Below are positions 8,898 to 16,855 of a stretch of DNA of 32,000 nt, one piece after another. The translations under genes and the position numbers were made by a program. Source of the DNA: Pyrodictium abyssi. Lineage in GTDB: Archaea > Thermoproteota > Thermoprotei_A > Sulfolobales > Pyrodictiaceae. The stretch lies in contig NZ_AP028907.1 in assembly GCF_036323395.1 (NCBI RefSeq), positions 990,001-1,022,000 on the forward strand, given 5' to 3'. The notes under the pieces are model-generated. The model did not search any database. It saw only the letters and a program-made list of their open reading frames with translations, and was not told where the DNA came from. Within the stretch, counting starts at the first letter, position 1. Every line of letters starts with the position of its first letter.

Positions 8898-10436
8898 CTA
8901 GCCCCCGGCCGAGAGCCTCTCCATAAGCTTCTCGAGTAGAACAGCTGCCAAGCTGCCGAAGACGCTAGCAGCAGCGGCGACACGTGGGAGGAGAAGCTGG
9001 GGCGCAAGATGCAGGGCAGGCTCTAGAGCCCTACGAGCTTCCAGGCTGGTCCATGCAATGCCTGTCCCCTGTACCTGGCTTAACGCCCCTGTAAGAGCTA
9101 GAGCAGCAGAGAACACTATTAGTACTACCATAGGCTTCAGCATGCTATCCTCGTAGTGTATCGAGCTTTTTGATATTTTAGAAACAAAGGCAGCTACTAT
9201 GGCTGCAAATGCTGCTACTATGCCGAGAAGTCTATAGTAGTAGAGGTGCTCGAGAGGTAACATCGCCAGAAAGAAGGCTACTAGAGCATTCACTAGAGCT
9301 GATGCAGCGAGAGGGGCAGCAAACTCTTCAAGCTCTATCCTCCTATAGTAGTGGTATCGACGGCTGGCTCGGAGTATGGAGAACAGTGCGTAGGAAGGGG
9401 CTACGAACACTGCGATGGCAGAGGCAAGAATGATAAAGCCGGTAATAGCCTCTACTTGTAAATACGGCAGTACGGTAGCGGCTTCTGGTAGTATCTGTGG
9501 TGAGATGAATAGCCACACGCGTATGGCTAGTATCACTGATGCTGCAACAACGGCAGATGCGGCTATATGTCGTTGCCATTGTTGCTCTCCTTCAGCCTCA
9601 TCCTCTAGGCAATCAGCGTAATACCCTTTATTGGGGAGTGCCAGTAGAGTTGCAATTCCTAGAGATAGAATGGCAAGCATAAAGTCGAGGATGAACACAG
9701 CCAAGCCCTCTCCGCCAGCGCCGCGGCCGGCAGCGGTTATTGCGATGAAGACGGCTGCAGCGGATACTGGCAGCACGATGTGCGCTATGCGGGTTCGTAT
9801 CCGTAGGAGTGGTGTATCTTTGATAGGGAGTCTCAGTGAAATGGGCTTCAGCGGCCTTGCGGCGAACAGCAGGGCCTGTGAGGTCACCAGGACATGGAAG
9901 GCTATGGTGACAAGTAGCACGGCTACCGAGAGCAGTGATGGCTCTAGCATGTCTATGGTTATGAGCCCGGTGTTGGTCTTTATGAGTATGGTGAATGTTG
10001 GGTGGAGGCTTGTCTCCAGTGGCGCTGTCACGTCTAGCAGTGTTGGGCCGGTTACGCCGTCTAGTATGTCCTCTAGCAGCCCCGTGTCGCCGCAGACCTT
10101 GCTCTCCTTGATGGTGTTTAGTATCAGCTCGGCTGCCAGCTTCTTGGAGTTGTTGTCGAGGTTGCCGTCCTTGAGGGCGTCTAGTAGGGGTAGTAGCACC
10201 CCTAGCATGCTCCTGCCGGTTATGACCGTGGCGGAGCGGGGCTCGCCCCCGTTGGCGCACGCGTAGTGTATGGTTACCTTCGACATGTTGTAGATGTAGA
10301 GTGTGTGGCCGCCGCAGGACGTGTGGACGCTGGTGAGGAGCGTCAGCGATGCCGTGAAGGCTAGTATCGTTGAGGATGCCGACGCCAGGACTAGTGCCAG
10401 CAGCGCCGCCAGCGGCACGCCTCCCGGCCGCACCAC
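8898..10436 (-). CDS. polytopic membrane protein (512 aa) with an N-terminal signal-like segment and ~150-aa extracytoplasmic domain
   Basis: Long intact ORF with repeated hydrophobic stretches (more than 8 predicted by eye). All overlapping ORFs on either strand (9209..9433, 9628..10260, 9631..10266 and others) have low-complexity R/S/P-rich translations. A T5 run follows on the coding strand (A-run 8866..8870), a possible terminator. Confidence 0.75.
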   Translation of the reverse strand: MVRPGGVPLAALLALVLASASSTILAFTASLTLLTSVHTSCGGHTLYIYNMSKVTIHYACANGGEPRSATVITGRSMLGVLLPLLDALKDGNLDNNSKKLAAELILNTIKESKVCGDTGLLEDILDGVTGPTLLDVTAPLETSLHPTFTILIKTNTGLITIDMLEPSLLSVAVLLVTIAFHVLVTSQALLFAARPLKPISLRLPIKDTPLLRIRTRIAHIVLPVSAAAVFIAITAAGRGAGGEGLAVFILDFMLAILSLGIATLLALPNKGYYADCLEDEAEGEQQWQRHIAASAVVAASVILAIRVWLFISPQILPEAATVLPYLQVEAITGFIILASAIAVFVAPSYALFSILRASRRYHYYRRIELEEFAAPLAASALVNALVAFFLAMLPLEHLYYYRLLGIVAAFAAIVAAFVSKISKSSIHYEDSMLKPMVVLIVFSAALALTGALSQVQGTGIAWTSLEARRALEPALHLAPQLLLPRVAAAASVFGSLAAVLLEKLMERLSAGG

Positions 10437-10643
10437 CCCCGGCCCTCTACAAGGAGCCTGGGGCCTTCTAGAGCGGAGAGGGTGCAGATATAACGCTTGC
10501 CGTGGGCTATAGCGGGTGTAGCCGTGTAGGCCCGGGGGCTCTGGGTGTACAGCTGTAGAGGGCTAGCGGGAGCGGGTAGAGGGGCACGCGGCAGAGCCCG
10601 GGGGCCGTCGGCGCGGCTACGCCGGGCACCCGGGGCCACGCGC

Positions 10644-11093
10644 CTAGGCGGACCCGCCGCTCTCCCGGGGGTACTGGTCCTCCTGGGCCGGGTTCTCTGC
10701 TAGGCTGTCCAGGATACCCCGCAACAGCGTGGCGAGCTCCTCCCCGGCGCCGAGGTGCCAGAGGAGCTGCTCGGTGTCGAGGAACTCGTGGTAGAAGTTC
10801 GCGTGGAGCCTCTCAGCGGCCTCGAAGAGCGCCACAAGGCGGCCCGGGTCCCCACTGTAGAGGCTCTCGTAGAGTGCGGCCAGCTCCGTCTTCACGAACA
10901 TCTTCGCCTCTCTGTGCCGGGCGAGAGGCCCCCTGCCCAGGAGCAGGCCTATCATAGACAGCAGCACCATTATCATGGACCATAGTGTTTCTCCCGCCTT
11001 TACGAGCTCTCCCTCGGCTTTCAGCCTCGCGTACTGGCTGTAGCGCTCCCGGAGCATCTCCTCGTACTCCGCGAGCACCTCCACGAGGCTCAT
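10644..11093 (-). CDS. PaREP1-like / HEPN-clan helical protein
   Basis: GETLWSMIMVLLSMIGLLLGRGPLARHREAKMFV...AAERLHANFYHEFL shares its layout with the PaREP1 domain at 6449..6775 (GKAWGAAALAVKAYAWWRGGKRLTSHRELW...EMHTCFYEGW). Confidence 0.6.
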   Translation of the reverse strand: MSLVEVLAEYEEMLRERYSQYARLKAEGELVKAGETLWSMIMVLLSMIGLLLGRGPLARHREAKMFVKTELAALYESLYSGDPGRLVALFEAAERLHANFYHEFLDTEQLLWHLGAGEELATLLRGILDSLAENPAQEDQYPRESGGSA

Positions 11094-11341
11094 GCCGGGC
11101 TCCCTACGAGAGGCATAGACCTGCTCTTCAGCGCTAGTATACGTCCATCCTCGTCTACCTCGGCCACATACCTCCTAAACAGGTACATGAACTCTATAAC
11201 CCAGACCCCGTTCCTCCTATCAACGCTGATGATGGAGATGTACTCGGGAACCATGTTGAACTCCCTGATCTTCTCCTTTAGCCTCTTAACAGCATCAGCA
11301 GCATCCACTACCGGCACACCAGCACACCACAGAATAGCCAA
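11090..11341 (-). CDS. small (83 aa) protein translationally coupled to the PaREP1-like gene
   Basis: Its stop overlaps the downstream ATG in a 4-nt ATGA-type overlap at 11090..11093. No motif recognised. Confidence 0.5.
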   Translation of the reverse strand: MAILWCAGVPVVDAADAVKRLKEKIREFNMVPEYISIISVDRRNGVWVIEFMYLFRRYVAEVDEDGRILALKSRSMPLVGSPA

Positions 11342-11583
11342 AACCCCGCCGGAGGACTCTTAAGCCTTCATAGAGCCAGCCCGCTACAGCCACCAGGAGA
11401 CCGCCACAGGCAGCCCGAAGCAACACGCTACACACCACACATGAGGCAACGCAGCCCCCGGGACGGGAGGGGACCCCGGCCCGGGGAAGGCCCTATCCGG
11501 GTGACCGGGGCGGCCCCGGGTACAGCTAGATACTCTGAGTATCTGGTCTTGTCTGGGAGGGTGGGGGGTGTCCTGCCGGGGCT

Positions 11584-11727
11584 ATGGCTATGCTCCGGGT
11601 ACGAGTAGGCAGGAGAGGCACAATCGTCCTCCCGAAGAGGGTGCGGGAGCAGCTAGGCATAGAGGAGGGCACGACCCTGGAGCTAGAGGTAGACGGTGAC
11701 AAGATAGTGCTCCGCCCACCGCCCTGA
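11584..11727 (+). CDS. AbrB/SpoVT-family antitoxin-like protein (47 aa), below the ORF-track size cut-off
   Basis: Manual translation gives MAMLRVRVGRRGTIVLPKRVREQLGIEEGTTLELEVDGDKIVLRPPP, the classic swapped-hairpin AbrB pattern. No intact toxin gene follows. Confidence 0.6.
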   Translation: MAMLRVRVGRRGTIVLPKRVREQLGIEEGTTLELEVDGDKIVLRPPP

Positions 11728-11977
11728 ACCCCTATGTGGAGGCATCCATCACCTCTATAGGACGGCAAACCCTGGAGCCTGTCCGTGGGGGGACACTTCA
11801 AATACGCGTTCATTATTATGTCGAAAGCTAATATAGTGCTACTAGGCATAGCTGCAACACGGGTGGGCTGGGGTACGCCCAGCCCGACGGCCCATTGAGG
11901 CCGTCGCCCCGCCTGCTCCGGCCCCGGCCGGTGGGGCGGGGTGGTCGGCTGATGAGCCCTCCTCTCTTCTGCTTCTC

Positions 11978-12819
11978 TCACGTCTGTTTGGGGATCACCT
12001 TGAACCACACGGGCTTCTTTATGAGTGGTTTGACCGCCTCGAATACCTCGTCCTCGCTGTAGTTCAGGTACCGGTATACGGCTTAGGCGAGTAGGTCTGC
12101 AAACTGTATTCCGAGTATGAGCTTAGAGTCGCCCAGGAAGATCTCGGCTATGCGGGATAGTTTTACCGTGCCATGCTTTGTTATGGCCCCGGTTGACTGC
12201 GAGATAGCCGAGCCTACGATGCTGTATGTCGAGTTTATGAGGTTGTTCGCGTCAGCATCGAACAGTATGATACCGTCTACGCCACGCGCTGCTAGCTCCC
12301 GGTCAACCCGGTAGAGTATCTCGTTCACGACCTGTGACTTCACCACTGTATCGTACACAGCGTTGGCTACACTCCTTATTATGCGGTCTCTCACAGCGTC
12401 TATTCTAAGAGAGTTCAAGGTACTCGGTACCCGGGTTATGTAAAATGCTCACTATCCTGCCGATGACGCTCTTATCTATTATCTCTATAAAACCCTCCTT
12501 GTTGATAGCCACGACTGTTAGGAATGGGTCAAACGCGTCTAGCCCCCGCAACAAGTGCTATGAGATCAGCGTAACGGCTGCTCTTGTTCCTATTCCTCAG
12601 CGCCTTGTGTATCTCTGAGCCCTTAATCTCGGAGCCTACATGTATACCCTCGTCCACAAGGAATCTGCGAACCATGTCTGCGATAGAGCCGAGCTTTCGA
12701 TGCTCGACAAGGGGGACGCCAAGCGCAGCTACGACATAGTATCTCTCGTCCCTCCTCTTCAGACCCGGTACTCCGGACTCGTCTATACAAACAGCAAACA
12801 CGACATAACCCGGTCTCAT
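11978..12819 (-). pseudogene. DUF3800-family gene with at least two frameshifts and one in-frame TAA
   Basis: Pieces in order on the minus strand. First MRPGYVVFAVCIDESGVPG...EIKGSEIHK...LIALVAGA (ORF 12529..12912). Then a frame change to DAFDPFLTVVAINKEGFIEIIDKSVIGRIVSILHNPGTE. Then a frame change to LNSLRIDAVRDRII...SKLILGIQFADLLA (ORF 12083..12418). An in-frame TAA at 12083..12085 follows, then AVYRYLNYSEDEVFEAVKPLIKK. The DESG start and the QxAD near the end are the DUF3800 hallmarks. Confidence 0.6.
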
Positions 12820-13660
12820 ATATCGCCCAAGGAGAGTAGTACTTGATATAAGAGATAGCTCCTGTAATACCGATACGAGACACCATAGCCAGAACCATAG
12901 ACGGTAATACAACTATGCCAGCCCTGGCAGCGCGGGCCCCCGCCCGAAGCCCCCCGGGGCATCAAGAGAACCGGGCAAGACACAGCCCCCCGAGGCAGGG
13001 CGTTGCCAAGGCCCTATCATGGAGTTCACCCCAGCGGTACACCGGCAGGCTTCATCGCCTCTTCCGCCTCCACCCTACACCCCGGTAGCCGTGCTGAGTG
13101 TTGCCAGCTCCAGGGCGGGGGCCTAGGGAGAAGATGGAGGAGTACAGGGGTAGGGTCAACCGGGCCGGGGCGCCTGGGGCTCGTCGAGGAGGGGGCCAGG
13201 CGGCTAGAAGCCGAGGAGAACATGAGGGGGATCGTCGAGGAGCTAGAGAAGACGCCGGTCCCGGGCGCCCAGCGGCTTCTCGGAAACCCCTGTCAGGGGA
13301 GGACCGCGGCGGCGGTCGACGCCCTCCCCCGGCACCCCGCTGCAGAGGCCCCGGAGGGGCCAGCCCCTACCCCGTCGACGCCGTACACCAAGCCCCGCCC
13401 CAGGGGCGGACCCCTCTGGCCTAGTCTAGGAGCAGGCGCCTAGCATAGCCCGGGGCGCCCCAGCTCGGCCAGAGACGCACGTGCACGGCTCAGAGGCGGC
13501 GTGCAAAAGCCTCCCGAGAAGCCCGGCCCCGCCCCGGGCGGAGAGACAGTCCCCAAGATCCACGAGGACATAGTCGAGCTCGCTAGACGGGTCCGCCGCC
13601 CCGCAGAAGCACACGAAGAGCCCAGCAGGATTCTCGAGCAGGAAAGGGAGCGGCACAGCT

Positions 13661-13836
13661 AAACCACGTCACCAACGCACCCCGGGCCACCAACAGCCAC
13701 ACACCAGGCCAGAAACCCGGGCACACCAGGAGAAGAACCCAGACAACACACCAGCAAACACAGGCCACACCCCCACCCACAGCAGCCCAAATAAACCCCA
13801 CCACAACACCACACAACCCCACAACACGGAGCCAGG
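13661..13836 (+). other. C/A-rich, almost T-free tract immediately upstream of tRNA-Pro
   Basis: Between 13670 and 13845 I find a single T (13792, inside AAATAAA). The plus strand is essentially C and A with some G, with reiterated CCAC/ACAC/CAAC words. Minus-strand ORFs here (13583..13822, 13659..13952, 13669..13896) are G/V/W/C-rich shadows. Confidence 0.9.
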
Positions 13837-13838
13837 CC

Positions 13839-13951
13839 GGGGCCGTCGTCTAGCTTGGTAGGATGCCAGCCTGGGGACGCACCCCGCCGCCCCCACAGGG
13901 CGGGCGCCAGAGCGCTGGTGGTCCCGGGTTCGAATCCCGGCGGCCCCACCA
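13839..13951 (+). tRNA. tRNA-Pro (anticodon GGG) with a ~36-nt intron in the anticodon loop and encoded CCA
   Basis: The acceptor stem GGGGCCG/CGGCCCC is perfect. U8, G10, A14, G18G19 and A21 are present. The anticodon stem is CCAGC/GCTGG and the loop is CT-GGG-G. The intron spans about 13877..13912 and has an internal CCCGCC/GGCGGG hairpin. The variable loop is TGGTC and the T arm is CCGGG-TTCGAAT-CCCGG. The discriminator A plus CCA end at 13951. Confidence 0.85.
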
Positions 13952-14255
13952 CCAGACCCTAAACACAGCCTCGTTCTCCTTAATGATTGTGCACCCTAGT
14001 CATTGCTGTTTATGCTCTGCTATCATCACTAGTTGTATCTCGTGTCTTATTGTCGGCGTGTTTCGCGCTTCCCTGGAGTTATGATTGCTCTGGCTGTTCA
14101 GCGTGATTTAGATCGAATGTGGTTAACGGGCCAAGCTGGTTTCTCGTGGCATTGCGAGGATATTGGGATTGTTAGGGACGTAATGGCTTTGTAATGCAAT
14201 AGTTACGCCTGCGTCTCGTCTAGTTTAAAAGTCTATTCATGTAGACTATTACAGC

Positions 14256-14645
14256 ATGGAGATAGCTATGTCTGCATATGAGTTATTGATTATGTTCCTG
14301 GCACCGATGGCAGTAATATTCGGGTTAGGTCCTCTATTACGTGAGTTAAAGGCAGTATTGGGGTTGGCTAGTGCTGTACCAGTTATTGGCTTTACTATGA
14401 AGTTGGTCGTGCGTTCGGTGTCTGCGATAAATCAGATTTCCGCTGCTCAATCTCCAGAGGAGGTACTGTACACTATGGAGAATACAGCAAATGGGCTCGT
14501 CAATATGACTGCCGATTTTGCGCTAGAACGAGCAAGTGAAGCCGTCAGTACAGCATTAGTAGCACCCATCATGGCAGTACTTGGTATACTTGGTATAATT
14601 GGTGCGTTTGTTATCACTCTAATGTTATGGTATATGCGGAGATAA
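14256..14645 (+). CDS. small membrane protein (129 aa; two N-terminal hydrophobic segments and one C-terminal)
   Basis: ORF in the AT-rich block downstream of tRNA-Pro. Hydrophobic segments are LLIMFLAPMAVIFGLGPLL, LGLASAVPVIGFTMKLVV and LVAPIMAVLGILGIIGAFVITLMLW. Confidence 0.55.
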   Translation: MEIAMSAYELLIMFLAPMAVIFGLGPLLRELKAVLGLASAVPVIGFTMKLVVRSVSAINQISAAQSPEEVLYTMENTANGLVNMTADFALERASEAVSTALVAPIMAVLGILGIIGAFVITLMLWYMRR

Positions 14646-15489
14646 TAACTAAACGTTGGTTGTAATAGCATGTGTCTGTGGATAGCTTTGCTAGATTGAT
14701 GAGGTTACTGTGTGAGCTTGTGTTTCCCCGGGGCCCCGGGGAGCTGCCACCAGCTACCGCGGGGGTGTATTGCGTCGTGTCTGGTTCTGGGCGTGTGTCG
14801 GGTGCGCGTGGTCTTGGCGTGTTTTCTCGCGGCCTAGGGGGCTGGGGTGCCGAGGAGGCCGGGGCGAGGTGCTGGACGCGGCACGGCGCTTCAATGCCAG
14901 GTTTCAGGCCTGCTACGAGTACAGCAATACCCGGGAATGCGTACGGGCCAGGCTCGAAGATATGCTGGAGGGTGCCCGCAACCCTGCCCTCATTCAGTCA
15001 CTCCTCGCCCGCTCCGCAAGCCGTGGCCGGAGCTCTCTTCTTAGGTTTTAGGACTAACACCTCTCTTCCAGGGACCCTTCGAGTTCGACATACTATCTCG
15101 GCTGGATCCTTCAGCTTCTTGAGGATCTTGGTCAGTACATGTATATGTGGGTGATGGAGATATGGAGATAGGAGAATCATAATGACAAGCACTTGTGCGG
15201 GCTTATGGTAGCAAGTCGAACCACCGACCTTGGGGTTATGTGTCACATGGTCATTCTATCCCCTGTTACCCGATTCTTCGGCTCCTAGGACGCAGAGTTT
15301 ATGCAAAGTACTTACTGTATAGACTGTACGGACTGTGAGGGCAGTGTCTCTAGAACCGTTCAGAGTCCAGACCAAAAAGCCAAGGAGGGCTGTTCTTTTC
15401 CATGCACATTCCCCAAAGAATGAGTAGACAAGGTTAAACTACAGCCAAGAGTCTATATAGCGTGAGAGATAGACGGAAGAAACGGACTC

Positions 15490-15804
15490 GTGAATAAGGA
15501 AGTTAAGGTGCAGCCATTATGCCCAGCCCCAAGAAGGACCCCCGCAATCTATATAACTATAGCAGCAATATTTGCAGCAATCTTCGCGGCTACCATTCAA
15601 ACCTCTATGAGCGCACTCATAGCAGTATACCAGCTACAAGAAAATATAACAATGTTATACTTCTTAAGTGCTGTAGTCCTCTTCGCCTCGGTACCAGCGG
15701 GATATGGTATGCTAACTTTCGCAAAACGGGCTGCAGAGGCCTTCAGAGAAGGTAAAGATGGTTGCTCCACTCAACATGCAAACAAAGAAACGGACAGACC
15801 ATAA
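15490..15804 (+). CDS. small membrane protein (104 aa, two TM segments)
   Basis: ORF with GTG start in the AT-rich block. TM-like segments are AIYITIAAIFAAIFAATI and MLYFLSAVVLFASVPAGYGML. Confidence 0.45.
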   Translation: MNKEVKVQPLCPAPRRTPAIYITIAAIFAAIFAATIQTSMSALIAVYQLQENITMLYFLSAVVLFASVPAGYGMLTFAKRAAEAFREGKDGCSTQHANKETDRP

Positions 15805-15905
15805 GTCTCACTCAGAACATGGATCTACTCTCTACGCGAATATAGCATGTATTAACACTACACCAGAAATTCATAATTAGGCTGTAAAGGCAGTATATAG
15901 TTATA

Positions 15906-16050
15906 GGGGTGTCCCGCCCGGCGCCCCGGGGCTGGGTCCCCGGGACGGTGACAATTGCACCCGATTCGTCCTCCCCTCGTGGGGTCGGCGGAACAACTGT
16001 CTGTCATCCCGCCTCCGGGCGGGCCCGGGGCGCCGGGTCTCGGGCCCCCT
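15906..16050. other. GC-rich multi-hairpin element, a candidate structured RNA or protein-binding element
   Basis: Sharp GC-rich island directly after AT-rich sequence. The closing helix is CCCGGCGCC (15917..15925) with GGCGCCGGG (16029..16037). Internal hairpins are CCCGGGG-ctgggt-CCCCGGG, CCCC-tcgt-GGGG and CCCGCC-tccg-GGCGGG. No ORF is present. Confidence 0.4.
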
Positions 16051-16244
16051 TCTTCGCCTGGCGCTCAATCCAATTCTGATGAGTGCTATTACCTTTTAAG
16101 CATCCGGGGGACTTAGCACCTAGCGCTGCCACTATGCCGGGCAATGGTGCTGCTAGTGCCTGGCCTCCGTAGTACCGGAGGGCGGTGGTACGGTTAGCGG
16201 TGCGGGGCTAGACGGCGGCCGGATACATGCATGGATTAGTGCTG

Positions 16245-16460
16245 TTATGGCTTGGCCAGCAGCTTCTCTAGCTCAGTCTTAAACGGCTCAATGGCTCCAC
16301 GTATCTTTGATGCCGTGAGGGCTAGTTCGAAGTTGGCTTCTTCGATGGCTGCCTCCTCGAGCATGAGGGAGAGCCTGGTGGCGCGGTCTAGGGCGTCTAG
16401 GAGGTCTCGGGCTAGCTGGAGCGATCGTGGGGCCTGGGCGACAGCTGTCACGGGCTGCAC
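16245..16460 (-). CDS. small helical hypothetical protein (71 aa)
   Basis: ORF only. The translation is helical and coiled-coil-like (LQLARDLLDALDRATRLSLMLEEAAIEEANFELALTASKIRGAIEPFKTELEKLL). Confidence 0.35.
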   Translation of the reverse strand: MQPVTAVAQAPRSLQLARDLLDALDRATRLSLMLEEAAIEEANFELALTASKIRGAIEPFKTELEKLLAKP

Positions 16461-16574
16461 CTCTTGGGCTGTGGCTTTGTGGCCACCCTCTAGCTATATG
16501 TGGTCCAGGGATACGCATAGCAGTAATACAATATCTGGATTATGTACGTTAGCGGCGTCGCTGTAGGCGGTGCT

Positions 16575-16684
16575 CTGCGCCCCTAGTCCAGTGGTGAGGC
16601 GCACAGCGGGTCGGGTTAACTGGCCGGAACAGAGCCCGGGCTATAGGTGCGGCTCACCGTGGCATGGGCTCAGCCAGGGCGCAG
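16575..16684. other. ~110-nt long imperfect hairpin, a candidate structured RNA
   Basis: The outer helix CTGCGCCC (16575..16582) pairs with GGGCGCAG (16677..16684), 8 bp. The inner helix GGTGAGGCGCAC (16593..16604) pairs with GTGCGGCTCACC (16647..16658), 11 of 12 bp. It lies in an ORF-poor spacer. Confidence 0.35.
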
Positions 16685-16855
16685 GGCCACATGTGCATCT
16701 AGGTTTAGTCTGCTATACGCAGTGGCGCCATGTAGCATGTTCTGGGCAGTGTAAAGCTGGGTCCACCGGATACTGTCCGGCTGAGACCATGAAGTCTCAG
16801 AGGAGACGCGAAGAAAACATGTGCGTCCTGTTCGAGCCCTGCCGAGTACGGCGCG

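Noticed and set aside
9209-10266. ORFs 9209..9433, 9343..9579, 9415..9621, 9628..10260 (minus) and 9631..10266 (plus) inside the membrane-protein gene
   Set aside because: They overlap the 512-aa hydrophobic ORF. Their translations are R/S/T/P-rich without motifs, typical of GC-rich off-frame ORFs.
11526-12008. 160-aa minus-strand ORF
   Set aside because: It is P/R/T-rich and low-complexity. It covers a convincing AbrB gene on the plus strand and the tail of the DUF3800 pseudogene in another frame.
13003-13656. ORFs 13003..13443, 13098..13424 (plus) and 13426..13656 (minus)
   Set aside because: Some segments look coding (RLEAEENMRGIVEELEKTPVPGAQRLL; LLENPAGLFVCFCGAADPSSELDYVLVDLGD). However, no frame gives a coherent protein or a motif, so I could not decide on strand or frame and left it uncalled.
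13583-13952. Minus-strand ORFs 13583..13822, 13659..13952 and 13669..13896
   Set aside because: They are translations of the G/T-rich complement of the C/A tract and of the antisense tRNA (MVGPPGFEPGT is the usual tRNA T-arm artefact).
14672-15246. ORFs 14672..15154, 14770..15051, 14847..15044 (plus) and 14998..15246 (minus)
   Set aside because: Only the distal part of 14770..15051 looks protein-like (VLDAARRFNARFQACYEYSNTRECVRARLEDMLEGARNPALIQSLL). There is no motif and the start is uncertain, which is too weak to call.
15195-15260. tRNA-fragment-like sequence (minus strand ...GGTCGGTGGTTCGACTTGCTACCA)
   Set aside because: It contains a GGTTCGA word and a CCA-like end, but the flanking bases cannot form a T stem or an acceptor stem. 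It is probably coincidental or too degraded to call.
15314-15337. Three ACTGTR words at 9-nt spacing (ACTGTAtagACTGTAcggACTGTG)
   Set aside because: It is real but very short, and I can point to no associated gene start or second copy. The chance of random occurrence in AT-rich DNA is not negligible.
15900-16240. Possibility that this GC-rich block is RNase P RNA or SRP (7S) RNA
   Set aside because: The minus strand has words reminiscent of CR-I (UAAGUCCCCC), GGUAAUAGCAC and ACAGA in the right order. However, the spacing is far too short and no P4 partner (CCGGGGG-CUUA) exists. No helix-8 GGAA/AGCA SRP motif was found on either strand.
16575-16684. tRNA gene hypothesis for the long hairpin
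   Set aside because: The acceptor-like helix and a D-arm-like 5' end are present, but there is no T-loop (TTCRAAT), no anticodon arm geometry, and the 5' base is not G.
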